64,000 nt of DNA, taken from the NCBI GenBank assembly GCA_037379345.1, contig CM074511.1:24845171-24909170 (forward strand), read 5' to 3'. A model generated the notes under the pieces. That model did no database searches. It was given only the letters and a program-made list of their open reading frames with translations, and had not been told where the DNA came from. Position 1 is the first letter of the stretch; every line of letters starts with the position of its first letter. A program made the position numbers and the translations under genes. The stretch comes from Perna viridis (Eukaryota). This document shows, piece after piece, positions 1-12,679 of the stretch.

Positions 1-922
1 ATATGGTGTATGAAAAATGTTCAACAGAACCTAAAGTGGATCACAAAATCTAAACTAATTAAAGGTAATTATAATTTTCTATTCTTGAAATAATCTAAGA
101 ATGAAAGTTTAAAACTACATAATCTAACAGTGAAAAGAAAATGCATATTTTTAGTTATATATTGAGTGAATATTAAACTATAGTCACTCCATTAGGAATG
201 ATAATAAAAAGAGGGATTCATGTAGGTCAGAATATAAATAGCCATGTAGGTAACACATGTGTCAAAAGCTACCTGAGGAACTGTGAAGTTGAAGGCTCAT
301 CAAATATAAACAAATATAAGCAAGCAAAATTAATGTGTTCAAAAAGCTAGCCAAACAAAATAACAGCTTAAAGTGCATTATGAAGCTGATAAAACTGCCC
401 ACTGTATATAGAAAGTGCTTTGAAATAAAATCTTTAATACACACAATATTCAAAATCATAAAAAGATATCATACAACAAAAAACATAAATACACACACAA
501 TTATTGTACCAAATATTTGTATCCTTACAAATGATATAGAAATAGATAAATTCATATGCGAAGGTTTTTTTTTATCTATATGATGCCAAATAAAAAAAAA
601 TTAGTCTTTTTCAAGCAAAATAGTAAATAGAAAGGGTTGGAACACTAACTCTCTCCTGGTTATACCTATTCTAGTAAAGCATTTAGTAATCAAGTTCATC
701 TATAACAATTGTCCACAAATACAATGTAGCACAAGCCTTTATAACAATATAATTGAAAATAGCCTATTTAATAGGGTGGACAATGTCCAAAAAGCAGCAT
801 GATTTTTTACATGGTAAATATTTGATACAACCACACCTAATTATGTTTCAGAGTAATACAGGTCTTTTTACTGAATCTAGTGACCATTCTAGATACTTGT
901 TCAGAGATGTCAAGCCTCTTAC

Positions 923-1531
923 CTGATCTACTGTTACTACTTGAAGAACCACTCGAACTTTCAGATAATGAATCATCACTAGAACTAATCACAGAGGAAC
1001 TTTCGGACTCATCCGAACTTTTTAAATTGTCTGGACCTCTATATCTCATAAAACTATCTCTTTTTGTCAAATCTGGAGGATCAGAAAACTGTGATACACT
1101 AGCTTCCACAAGAGAATTAGTCCGTTTTGGTGGAGACGGCCGTAGCTCCCTATCAGGAGAAGTAATAGCACTAGCTGAACGTTTCCTTGCTGCTGGACTT
1201 GCAGGTCCTCTATTTTTTGGTGATGAGATATTAAAGGGTTCTAAAACAGGGGGCTGTGGTGAATCTGTAGGTTCTATGTTGGTGGATTTAGATCGCGGTG
1301 GTCTTCCAGGCTTTCTAGCAGGAGGAGTACTTGTTGGGGGAGTGTTTGGTGTATTTACTGGACTAGAACATCTTGAATTGTTTTTTGAATTGAAACCTTT
1401 TTTACTGAAGAGCACCTTTGTACGTCTATTAACACCTGAGGGTGTAGTCAGTGAAGAACCACTTTCTTCAGTTTTAGTAGATGATGTGGATGATTCTGTT
1501 GTTCGTGAACTGTCTGATGAACGTCTTTTCT
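923..1531 (-). CDS. BRPF1: BRPF1-like exon 11 (Ser/Pro-rich linker); gene continues beyond window start
   Basis: (E)KRRSSDSSR...TTPSGVNRRTKVLFSKK...DSFMRYRG...SSNSRS. gtag| acceptor gives the correct phase; probable donor TCAG|gtaaga at 922. The PWWP domain has not yet been reached. Confidence 0.82.
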
Positions 1532-2150
1532 CTACAATATCCATCAAATTATCAAATGTAAATGTAATGAAAAATATTTCAATGATGTTAGAATAAGTAA
1601 CTTGAGATTTATTGACAGAAATCTATTAATATCAATATAAACAAGAGAAAGTAACCTCAGAAATACATTCATAGTTTTAATGCTTAAGAGTAAGACTAAA
1701 AAAAAAACTTAGAATTATTTGCTGATGTTATGAAAACTTTAACAATATAAGAAGAAACTGGAATATAGATTATTGAGACTCATCCCAGGGATTATTAACA
1801 AAGTCAACAAACAAAGCGGAAATTGGCAAAATCGGGAGCAAATATACAGTTTGAAAAAAAAACAGAAGAAAAGAACCTTATCAGTAGAATCTGGATTTGA
1901 AATAGTGGAATTCCACTAAAAAGCAAAAAAAAAAATCATCCCTGATATCTAGAGGTATTTTACTTTTGATCAATAACACCAAGTGCAAATACATGAAATT
2001 AATACAAGAATTCTGAAGTTCACTTGCACTTATGTTTTTATATATAAAATTTTTTTTTAATACATTTGTTATCACATAATTGATGAAACAATAACAAGAT
2101 TAACTTAACCACTTAATGAATATTGAATACATATTTGACCATACTTTTAC

Positions 2151-2372
2151 CTAGATGCCTGGGTAAAGGAGGTTCAGACTCTGATTCACTACGACTAGGA
2201 CTAGCTCTCCTACCCCTGCCCCGACCCCTCCCTCTACCTCTACCCCTACCAGGTGTCCCTCTTCCTCCTGGAGTTTTCTCTTGTTTTGATGTAGAGGACG
2301 CTCTATTGTTTCTAGGAAGAGGTAGAGGTGTGGAAGGCTGGCTATCCTCAGCTGCTGAGTCAATGTCAGTGC
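2151..2372 (-). CDS. BRPF1: BRPF1-like exon 10 (low complexity, RG repeat)
   Basis: (G)TDIDSAAEDSQPSTP...GRGRGRGRGRGRGRRASPSRSESESEPPLPRHL; GC-rich island with tag| and G|gtaaaa; phase 1-1. Confidence 0.85.
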   Translation of the reverse strand, partial: ALTLTQQLRIASLPHLYLFLETIERPLHQNKRKLQEEEGHLVGVEVEGGVGAGVGELVLVVVNQSLNLLYPGI

Positions 2373-2924
2373 CTACAAAAATAAATTTTACATTTTCATT
2401 CACTAAAGTTTAAACAGCATCATTGGAAAAAGTTTTTTTCTATATAAATAATTCCAATACTTATATGTATAATTTCCCCATTTACCTAACTGATCTGGAA
2501 ACTACATTATGGATACCAGATCCCCAGGCATCAATTAACCAGACTTTTAAATCTAAAACTCAGTCATATGATACTGAAGAACGTTAGGCAGTTGCAGTAT
2601 TTCAACATTAAAAATTTGCTTTCTAACCCACCACCTGCCTTTTCCCCCTTTTAAATTTGAAATATCAATTGTGCACTATGAAAAAATCTATCCACAATTT
2701 GTATTGAGTATTATCTACCTACATGATTGACTAATTTCCACAAATTTTGAGATAATTCTATCATAGCATTTAAAAATTTATTAAAATGCAGAATATAATT
2801 AATAATAAAAAATTGTCAACTCTTGTTCTTCTCTATTCAAACTAGAAGTAGGCACTTTGTAAAGAATCATTAGACTTCATGTAAAAAGTTGAATTCTCCA
2901 TTTTCATTCTACTGTAGGCTATAC

Positions 2925-3038
2925 CAGTATCAACACTGTCATCACCGTCACTATTCTGATGGCCACGCTGCAATGCCAACTTTCTTCTCACACGTAATAT
3001 CTCTTTCTTTATCCTTTTGATTAACTTAGTCTGTTTGC
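2925..3038 (-). CDS. BRPF1: BRPF1-like exon 9
   Basis: (G)KQTKLIKRIKKEILRVRRKLALQRGHQNSDGDDSVDT resembles the BRPF 'KKEI..LRRKLA.QR' helix; cag| and G|gtatag; phase 1-1. Confidence 0.88.
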
Positions 3039-3193
3039 CTGAAAATATAACCATCAATACCTGTGAGGTTATAAGTACCAAAAAAAATTAAATAAGATAA
3101 ATAATACATATAAAAAATAAATACTTAATTTGGTTAATTTTGAGTGGAATTGTATTTTGTTAGTGTATGTTCCTTATTACACATGAAATGTTT

Positions 3194-3392
3194 TAGACTT
3201 GCTACAAGTCTCTCTGTAATATATATTTTATTTGATTAAATATCATTACAATCAAATATTCATTCACTATCCGTCTGTCTGTACAGCAGTTGGATAGTGA
3301 ATGAATACAGCAGTTGGATAGTGAATGAATATTTGATAGTAATGATATTTAATCAAATAAAATATATATTACAGAAACTTGTAGTAAGTCTA
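3194..3392. mobile_element. Foldback/Mutator-like MITE with 9-bp TSD
   Basis: About 77-bp near-perfect inverted arms (tagacttgctacaag.../...cttgtagtaagtcta), flanked by gaaatgttt at 3185-3193 and 3393-3401; internal 24-bp tandem duplication at 3282-3329. Confidence 0.85.
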
Positions 3393-4134
3393 GAAATGTT
3401 TTTCCCTTTCTACGTAGCTTTTACATAAATTGTTTTGTTACGATCACCAAATATTCAAAAACACACAGTTCACCCTTTTTCTATTCAAATTTAAGACAAT
3501 TTTTTTTAGTTATTGTGTAATGTGTGAACAACATATAGATGATTGGTATACAATAATATGTTCCTACTAGAAAGATGAATGTATAAAAGAAAATGCATAT
3601 GAAGTTTATTACACCATACTAAATCAGAACATTTATTTTCTAATTATTTTCCTGCATTCCTCATCACAAATTCTGGACAGAAGATAAATACAGAAAAAAG
3701 TCGAGACAGTAAATATCATAGTTTTCAACATATTGTTAACAGTATTAAATTCATGTTATTAAGAGCATGCAATCTTTGTATTGTATTTTTGTCAATATTG
3801 CAAGAGATGGACTTGTAAAGCCTTGAGGCTTGTTTCCAGATCCTGTCAGATATATAAATTGTTTTGTATTATATGATATGTCTATTTTTTATTAATAAAT
3901 ATGTCTTTACTAAATATCAGAGTGAGCCAAGAAAGTAAGATGTGATATTCTGTGGAGACATTAAAAACAAACATTCTGCTGTTTATCTGAGATGTCACAA
4001 TCAATCTAATGTAATACTGTCATTAAAAAATTGCTGTATATTTCTGTAATTTGGCAGATGCCAGAGATAGAAATTGGCAGGCAGTAAGAGCAATAGAAAA
4101 ACAAATTAATTGCTGATAAATTTCTTTCTCATAC

Positions 4135-4233
4135 CTTTTCTGTTACTGTTGGCAGCATCCATATTGTCTAATAAAATTCTAAGTTGATCCTCTAAAGGCA
4201 TTGCTTCTTTCTTTTTGTCAAGAAAATCATCAA
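4135..4233 (-). CDS. BRPF1: BRPF1-like exon 8
   Basis: (I)DDFLDKKKEAMPLEDQLRILLDNMDAANSNRK; tag| and G|gtatga; phase 1-1. Confidence 0.88.
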
Positions 4234-4723
4234 CTAAAAAGAAAAGAAAAATAATAATATATATAAGAAACATAATAATAAATAATACATTTAATATATA
4301 ATGTTATGCAAAAAAAAAAAATCCACCCCTCCAATACTATTTTATTTTCTCTGTTAAGTAAATTTAAAATTAAATCCATCAATATAAAGACCAGATTTAA
4401 CAGACCTAGCTACGGTGTCCACATCTTTAACAAAAAAATGATAAGTCTTAGAAAATTTACTGAATTCTTCATGACAAGTTCAATCACATTATTACAGACC
4501 TTAAGATATAAAAAAAAAAAAAAACAGATGAGAATATTATCAGACTGAAATTTTTTGGTGCAGGGACCATTATCCATATAAATATGACAATGATGTCACA
4601 ATGTTCTTTTACATTATAAATTGAACATTTTTGAAATACAAGCAATCGATCATTATTTGAAACACACATTTTACTTTCTTTGAAACACATTCAAAAAATC
4701 TTAGAAATACATATTTTACTTAC

Positions 4724-4844
4724 TATCTTCTAAAATCACAGGAGAACCTATTGGATCTGGTTCCCTTTCTAAATGTAAACCAGTATCTGGATCGTATCCT
4801 ACCCTCTCAGCTGTTCGCCTGGCAGCCCTTATGACAGCACCACC
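4724..4844 (-). CDS. BRPF1: BRPF1-like exon 7
   Basis: GGAVIRAARRTAERVGYDPDTGLHLEREPDPIGSPVILED is similar to the post-bromodomain segment of BRPF proteins; A|gtaagt, phase 1. Confidence 0.93.
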
Positions 4845-5146
4845 CTGTTCAAAATATTGACACAGATTATTTTGGAAATATTGTATGCAGCTAGAAAGTG
4901 ATTTTTTTTTTTTAACTTTTAATGCAGATGCACAGTATGTGTTACAGGAAGACTGGCAGATTCTAGTTAGTAGAGTCATGGGCTATTAAACAACATGGTG
5001 CATTATCAAAAAGGTCAAAGTGTTAATTGAATACTAACAGCTCTGTCCCTCATAAAATCATATTACACAACACGTTAACTTCAGAATACATAATGTTACA
5101 TATCATTCAAAGAAAATTGTCATTTCAAAATATTCAATTTATAAAT

Positions 5147-5498
5147 AAGGTCTAAACAAATTCTGTATTTCCGCTAACCCGACCAACCCTAATTTTTTTG
5201 TGTTGTCAAAAAAAAACAAAAACAAACCAAAAAACAAAAATAAAAACAAAAAAATACAGAATTTCAGCATTTCTGTCATCATTTTTTTTTTTACAGAATT
5301 GTCTTGCTCTCTGATGTGGAGGTTCAAAATTCATTGAAAGTTTAGTGTTCAGCGTTTTCATAAAAGAGGCAACAAAACCAGTAGTTTTTGATGTCCTCCA
5401 AATCCATCATTTTTTTTTAAAAAGAAAAAAAAAACCTACCTACCAACCCTAATTTGAAAGGAGATGATACCAGAAACACAAAATTTTTTTTAGGTCGA
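5147..5498. mobile_element. Decayed MITE
   Basis: Imperfect TIRs taaggtctaaacaaattctgtatttccg / ccagaaacacaaaattttttttaggtcgaa and a repeated internal accaaccctaattt motif. Confidence 0.5.
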
Positions 5499-5643
5499 AA
5501 GAGTAATCAATAATTAAGCTTGACACAACACTATCACTATTCATAAAAGTATTCTAAAGCAATGGGATGAACATACCCAGGAGATAAACATAGATGTTAC
5601 CGATTAGGTGTTTGAGGTACTGAGGCATTCATTGTGATATTAC

Positions 5644-5832
5644 CTGATCTCTCAATTTCACAGCTGACCTATAGAAGACAGTATCTTTAGCATTATAGGT
5701 ACAACAGTTTTTAATAATAGTTTCAAAGTCTTTCTCAAAATCATCCATAGTTTTGTAAGAGTGACTATCGATATTTTTTCTCATCGTAGTAAAGTCCATT
5801 GGTCTATCAATGTATGTAAGATAATCAGGGAC
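5644..5832 (-). CDS. BRPF1: BRPF1-like exon 6 (bromodomain core)
   Basis: [63 protein letters not shown] retains PMD and the acetyl-lysine-binding YN; cag| and CAG|gtaata. Confidence 0.96.
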
Positions 5833-6752
5833 CTGTGAATAAAAGTTAAAAGTTATAAAACATGTCAGCAGCTACTCTTGTATGCATATACTTCGTGTAA
5901 TATACATAACATAATGTTAAAATTTGAATTAAAAATTGGAGTACAATTTTATTGACGCTGTCAGATTTTTAAATTGTGTTAAATGACTTACTCATGCATA
6001 TCACAAAATGGCTTCTCTGTAAAATGAAAAAAAAATGTTCAAATGTGATGACATTTAAATCCAGTATCACAATGTTTACATTTGTCACATTGGCCATGAT
6101 TCTAATTACCTTACCATGATGATTTACAATTGTTGGTAAATTGACAAAAACAATGATTTAATGCCTAATTCTGTGTTAAAATTCGTTTGGAGGTTACTGT
6201 TCCTTCCAAATAATTGTTAATTCTAAAACTTGTGTGAAATCACATTTTAGTCAACTTAGAAATTGACAAATACATTTTTCAGAATTATGTCAACAACTGG
6301 CAAAATGATGGAGTAATAATGGAAATTCTTGTAAGGAATGATAAAAATTCTTTTTGATTGGGCATATCAAACATAAATACTGATATTTGTTTTTTTATTA
6401 ACTGAGAAATACATAAATTAAAGACAATTCTGCCTCGGTAATAACATAGCTGAGGAAAATTACGATTTAATAAAAAATCATCAATAACTTGTCCAATTGA
6501 AAAAAGGGCCTAGTTGAGTTACATACAGGGGTAGTCAAATACATAAAAAAATTTCAACACTCATAGAGGAAGGAAAAATTCTTCCTTTGTTGAAAATAGC
6601 TAGTTTAATGCTTAATAGCTCATCTCCTACACATGAATAACATCTAGTTATGCAGGAAACTCATTATGTATTGTTTTTCATCTAATGCACCAAGAAACAA
6701 ACAAATACATTAGGTAAAGTGTACATTCTTCAATGTAAAAAAAAATGCTTAC

Positions 6753-6881
6753 TTCATCTAACGATACTGGCTCAGAAAAGAAGCCTGAATTGTCAATGTC
6801 TTGAATCTGGTCAAGGGTGTTTCTCAACAGAACTGCAAATGGCTGCAACTGCATCTCCATTGCTTGATGTTGTACTTTCAG
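6753..6881 (-). CDS. BRPF1: BRPF1-like exon 5 (bromodomain N-part)
   Basis: [43 protein letters not shown]; tag| and GAA|gtaagc. Confidence 0.95.
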
Positions 6882-7334
6882 CTAGAATGAAGAAAAAGTA
6901 AACTATATTTCAACTTAAAGGGCGAATCGATTGTACAATTAGCCTTCAAATTATTAAATTCATTATATAGTCAGTGTTCCAGGATTTTTCGAAATTTTTG
7001 GTTTCCATAAGAAAACTATTCATGTAGATAAACTTACTCACATATGAAGTTGCACACATTGTTGAAACAATATGCAAGTTCTACGAAACAGGAAGTTGAT
7101 ATCAAACAGCAACAAAAATTGGCTTCAATGAATGCCTCATCTACATGTATAAAAAGCCAGAAACTAAATTTTGTAATCAATTCTTTCATTGGAAGTCAAG
7201 GTAATTTTGACAAAATTTGAACAATGTGGTTCAAAAATACTGTCCTGGTACTAGCTGAAAAACTTCCACAGAAAAATGCTAACTATGTTTAATTTTAATT
7301 GTTTTTCTTTTAAATTCATTTTATGCCTTCGTAC

Positions 7335-7466
7335 CTGTTCCCTCTTTAATTTTTCTCTTTTTCTTATTAATTCCACCAGTAGTCTAGCCTTCTCTAAATC
7401 CTGTCTTAGTCTCTGCCAATACTTTAACTGTTCTTTCAAAGCATTGCTTTGCTTGTCATTCTTGGT
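7335..7466 (-). CDS. BRPF1: BRPF1-like exon 4 (EPC-II coiled coil)
   Basis: [44 protein letters not shown]. aag| acceptor (a second in-frame AAG lies 6 nt downstream); CAG|gtacga donor. Confidence 0.92.
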
Positions 7467-7674
7467 CTTCAAAGACGAACAATAGCATTAAGTATATGAA
7501 AACTGAATGCAGGATTAAAAACTTGTTAAAAATATAAGATAGTCCAAATCCAACCAAGAGTGTTGTGTTTTAAAGCAAAATGCATCGCCCTCAAAAGATA
7601 ATAAGAGGTTCACATAACTATTAATATGTGGATTAGCTTTTTTAATACAAAAATCAGTTTCCTGAACTTTTTAC

Positions 7675-7828
7675 CTGTTCTTTGTTCCTTGTCATATGAT
7701 TGGACTGCAATCTCCGGAGAAGTGGAACACCATTCCTGGACTGTCTCTTAAGGGTCCAGTAACTCAATAATCTTGTGATAAATGGCTGTTTCTTCTGTAT
7801 ACTTAACATTTCTCCAATTTTTGTTAAC
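7675..7828 (-). CDS. BRPF1: BRPF1-like exon 3
   Basis: Hand translation (R)[51 protein letters not shown] contains the conserved [19 protein letters not shown] motif; tag|...CAG|gtaaaa. Confidence 0.95.
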
Positions 7829-7963
7829 CTACAATACCGAGCATGTACATGTACAATGTAATGGCAATTTCATTTATAGATAAACAAATTTATTTTGATA
7901 CTAGCAAAAAATGGTGCAAAGTTATGTATTTTTTTTCATAAAAATTATGCAATAAATGAATTA

Positions 7964-8813
7964 CCGTATTTTGGTATGTATTATGTCCACATTTTTACAT
8001 AGAAATTATTTCCAGAACATAGGGGTGCGTATTATACATCAACACATAAGAATTGGCCACGAAATTAAAGATTTTTGTACGTGAAAAGACATTGCGTAAT
8101 GTAAACAAACAAACCGGAAGTGAAATGTTACTGAAAGAAATTTGATCTAATCATCAAATACATCTTTAAGTATTAAATTTTTCAGTGATATTTTCTTCAA
8201 ATCATGTTCAAATGATTAATAACATGTTTCAAACAAAAGGTTGTACAATATTTCCTTCTCATAAAGCATGGTTAGAAATTACATGTAATATGAAACAACT
8301 AAAAACCAAAAAGTATCTAATTCCTTTTTTGTCAAACCCTCCTTATCAAATGCTTTTACAGCTGAAAATGATTACTCTGATACTTATTTTGATTGTTTCT
8401 TACAATTTTCTTTCTTAAAAGTATGTTTTAAAATGAAAAATAGCGAAATCTGAGTTACAACCAAAACCGGAAATGTCAGATTTTCCCGACTTTTGATTTT
8501 GTTTTATAAGCCATTTCATACATCCTGTGTCAATTTTATCATGCTTCAAAATTAAAATTATCCAATTTATGTAGCTACTGATGTTTACATGATGTTTTAG
8601 TCTGCATAGAAGTCTCTTTCCTTCACATTTTCATAGGAAATACAGCATCAAGGTAAATAAATTGACCGATCAAATGCAAAATATCAGGGTTTTTTTTGTC
8701 CTACAAAATTTTACTGCAACCTAAGTCTAAAAATCTTTTTTTTCACATGTTTAGACCTTCAAAATTGCACTGTGCTAAATACATAAATGCGCACTATACA
8801 CACCAAAATATGG
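7964..8813. mobile_element. Tc1/mariner-pogo-type non-autonomous element
   Basis: TA-flanked ~30-bp imperfect TIRs: TA|ccgtattttggtatgtatt... and ...ctatacacaccaaaatatgg|TA. It fills most of BRPF intron 2. Confidence 0.75.
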
Positions 8814-8946
8814 TATTCAAGATCATTTAGATGTTCCATGTCTATTATTATTACTGTCAGGATTTGGGCGGAGTAATTCCTCATATTTAACTTCTTCATT
8901 TCACAGGAAGCAGTGATATCAATATTTAAGATAATGCAAGACAAAC

Positions 8947-9800
8947 CTTGACTGAGGAATAATTGGAATTGAAACAACTGGCATTGCATTTCGCTTTTCT
9001 GCCAGAATTTTCCTGGCTTTCCTCATTTTGAGCCTAGACTTTTCTTTAGCATCAGCACTTTTCTCCTCCTCTGACGTCGTACTATCATTCATCATAGGAG
9101 TACAATCAGAATCTGCTGGAGCATGAACATCACAGTATGCTGTTTTACGAACTGTCACAGTAATGCCACTAGCCTCTTTCACAGGTTCTATCTTCATGTA
9201 AAGCCCTGCTTGCTGAGCACAAGTTACATGAAAGGCAGTGTAACAGTTTGTTTTATGACATTGAATACACGCACCAGTACCCCTTTGTTTACATATGTAA
9301 CATGAGAGTCTCCACCGTGCAGCTGGAATTCTGCCCATACTATCAATGGGCTCAAGAAAAACAGTATTTGCAAAACCTACTTCAGGTATCCACAATGCAC
9401 AGACTACATGAGCCCAACGTCCATCGTCAGTTTGTTTAAACGCACCACCTTTATTTGGACATAAACAACAATCAACTGCCCGTGAAGGGGACTGCAAACA
9501 TCGTCTACACAACCACTGTCCTTCTGGAATATAGGGCACACCATAACATTCCTGGTGCACAGCTAAGTTACACATGTCACAAAAAAGAATAACATTACTG
9601 TTCTGACATTCACCATCCATGCAGATACTGCAAACAGCATCTTCATCTATTGGAGGACCAATGTCTTTCCCAGAAGTCTGACTCTGAAAGAAGGCTTCCT
9701 TTTCAAATCTGTCCATGAGAAGTTCAAAATCTGCTTGATTGACAGGATTCAGCCCATCGGAGTCTCTCTTCTTGTTTAACAGCTCAAGCCATGCATGATC
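8947..9800 (-). CDS. BRPF1: BRPF1-like exon 2 (PZP: PHD1-Zn knuckle-PHD2)
   Basis: DHAWLELLN...[60 protein letters not shown]...[15 protein letters not shown]. cag| acceptor at 9801-9802; AG|gtttgt donor; phase 2. Confidence 0.97.
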
Positions 9801-9976
9801 CTGATAGCAAAACATTCAAAAATCAAAACATGTTAATACAATGACATTACATACATGTATATATAATATTTATGACACAAAACAAATGTTCGCACCGACA
9901 ACAATTTTGACTGACAAGACAAAGTAATTTTCAACATTCTTCGATTATCAAATAAAATGTATTGCGCATACATTGT

Positions 9977-11109
9977 CAGGGCTCACGCTAATGGGCAATT
10001 CAAGTGAAAAAAGCACCTTAGAGTGGCTCACTATGCCCTCAGACTACACCAAAAGTGAAGTGAAGTCACCCTCTCATTTTCAGATATCGCACATGGTCAG
10101 GACTGTACTCTGTCTTTTTGCGGTAGTTTGACCAGATTTATCTATCTTCCGATAACAATTCAAACACAAATGGCGCAGGTTTCGAGAAAATAAATTGTAA
10201 ACATTTTTTAAATCTATCAAATTATCAGTTACAAGCAAGTATTTTAATCAGTTTTTTGTTTGAAACGTTTAAGACAGGATACAGAATGAACATTCTTCAC
10301 TTCAGCTTATGATAATTCATGTTTTACCATTCGCATTTTGTTACGAAACGTGCAAATTTGTCATGTGGGTTCTTTGGCCTTAGGTTAAATTTATCTTAAT
10401 TGATAATACGGTAGAAACCCGAAACGTTTCTTTTGATCTTCATTTTTCATAACAGAACAGTAAATTCTCCACTTCGACTGAACATTTCTTAAGCTTGAGA
10501 CAGGTTCGTACCAACCGCTACAATATGAATAAAGTTTCAGTCCTGATTTGTCAATAAATTTTCATCATGATTATTGATACTATTGATCAACTTATATCAA
10601 GAGACTAGATATTTGGAACAAGAAATAATTATGGATCAGGAGAAAAAGAGAACAAAATGAAAATTCCTACAGAATGTCACTGCCTGAAATTTTCTATTCC
10701 AGTGCCGCTAAAAAGGGCAAAATCAATAGTTCAATGCAATGCAAGAAGCTTTGCTCAATCATGTATTAATTTTGCTGTAATAAATTTGGTAACAGGTAGA
10801 GGTATAGATGAGAAATCCAATTTCATTGAATATATGATCATTCAGTCAGCAGGCTGATTTCATTTTGTCCAAAATATTTAGTTACTTACATATGTAGCTT
10901 AAAGAAAAAGTAACATTTATCTCAATAAAAGAAAATGAATATATGAAAATGCTTGCTTATATTGTGCGCATGTACATTTGTAAGTAACATATAACACATA
11001 TGATTTTAAAAAGCTTTAGTAAATGATAAGCGTATGCATTCACTTCTCCCTAGTGTCTCTATGAAAGAGAACTCGCTTCTCCCTGTTTTCCCAAGTAGCT
11101 TGAACCCTA
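9977..11109. mobile_element. ~1.1-kb non-autonomous DNA transposon, CAG termini, 5-bp TSD
   Basis: TIR cagggctcacgcta / tagcttgaacccta (11/14 match); ATTGT directly repeated at 9972-9976 and 11110-11114; the interior retains CpGs. Confidence 0.7.
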
Positions 11110-11430
11110 ATTGTAGGTCTTATCGTAAAATTGCAGGCTTAATATTAGTAACTTGTATAAATATTAGATTGAAATTAAGGTACATGTACAGTGTATGTTG
11201 TTAGACTACAGTGACTAAATTTTTTGCTTCTGTACTTGCTCTGTGCAATGTTTTATATGTTAATATATCAAAACTGAATTTTCTTTACACATAAACTGTC
11301 ATTGAAGTTTAAAAAACTATATGCTTTTACCAGAGCATAAATCTGAACAATTAGAAAATTAAACACCCTCCCCTAGATAAAGTGTTGCCATGGACTTTAC
11401 ATTTAATGTTATGCTAATATTCTACATTAC

Positions 11431-12093
11431 CTCTTCGTCCATATCATATTCTACCTCTTCATCCAATTCCTCTACTGACTTCTCAATGTAACGGTAATAG
11501 GAGTTAGGTCTTGGTTTAGGATTAAATGGTTTGATGTAATCATCAACAACTGTGAACTGTGCTTCTGGCAACTTAACAATACCACCATTGGCAGGATTGG
11601 CAGGTGTTTGTGGCTCTTTGTTCTTTGATTTGTTCTTTTCATTTTGTTGTTTTGTTACCTTAGTGACCTTCTCCGCCTTCTCTTCTTTCTCTTTATTGCT
11701 TTGGTTATCTATTCTATCTTGAGATATTATTTCAAGGGGTTCAAAAATGCTAATTCTGTGAATTCTTCCATCAACATCTATCTCTACAAGCCTTTGAGCC
11801 TCGGCATAAGTAAGTGTTTCAAGTTTAGGTGCAGGTTTGATGAATTCTGGAGGAGTTGGGGATCTTCGCATGGATCTATGATGTCCCCATCTACCTTTTT
11901 TCTTCCCAGGTTTTTTACCGGTTGGCGTTGGTGTGTTGTTTTCTGGATTATCATGATCATAGTTGTACAGATGGAACTGTATTCCACAATAGCTTTTATA
12001 AATTTTTCCACAATCTTTGACAGGGCATTCATATGGAGGTTTTGTGGCTTTCAGATTTTGACAAAAGTCTCTAACATCAAAGTCATACACCAT
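11431..12093 (-). CDS. BRPF1: BRPF1/peregrin-like, coding exon 1 (C2H2 zinc finger, start of EPC-N region)
   Basis: MVYDFDVRDFCQNLKATKPPYECPVKDCGKIYKSYCGIQFHLYNYDH...YYRYIEKSVEELDEEVEYDMDEE matches the BRPF N-terminus. Acceptor ttttag precedes 12130 (12094-12130 is 5'UTR); donor GAG|gtaatg at 11430; phase 0. Confidence 0.95.
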
Positions 12094-12679
12094 TTTGTTT
12101 TGTGCGCTAAACCATCCCAAGTAGGTTGACCTAAAAGTAGACATCAAGAATTTGCAATAAAATACATGCATATTTTAACTGAATACAATAGCCAGTTCAG
12201 AGCAGGTTTATCAACTAATCCAAGGGTCTGGAAATTTTGACAGCCCATGCCGGACATTTTATCAAACTTCAGCTGACGTTTTCGTCAATCTTTTACATGC
12301 TCAGATTGAAAATAAACTAAAAAAAACGTTTGTATGTAGTTATTTTAAGATAAATATTGGAAAGTGTGTTATTTCATCACAAACTCTGTCTTTTACAAAA
12401 TATCAGAACGAGTGAACAAGTTCGGTTTGGACCACATGTGGACGTTCTAAAATGTAAACAAAACATCGTATCTCTCGGAATTTTTCATCACATAGGCAAA
12501 CAGCCAAAAACTTTCAAGTGATGAAAAAAATGTTGATTATTTATAAAAGGAAATCGCGAACACATTTTGTATATTGATTTAAATGGTCTGTTGACTTCCG
12601 TGTTAAAACGATTCAATCGACGAATTAATAATTGCAATATACATGAAGACTGATTCGTAGTTTCAGTTCCATGCGCTTT

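Noticed and set aside
270-300. Possible BRPF microexon (minus strand ...cacagttcctcag|gtagct)
   Set aside because: The donor is weak, the acceptor is ambiguous and no peptide similarity is recognisable.
880-1596. 238-aa plus-strand ORF (also 2123-2413 and 11644-12129)
   Set aside because: These are antisense shadows of BRPF exons; their extent tracks the real exons and no domain is recognisable.
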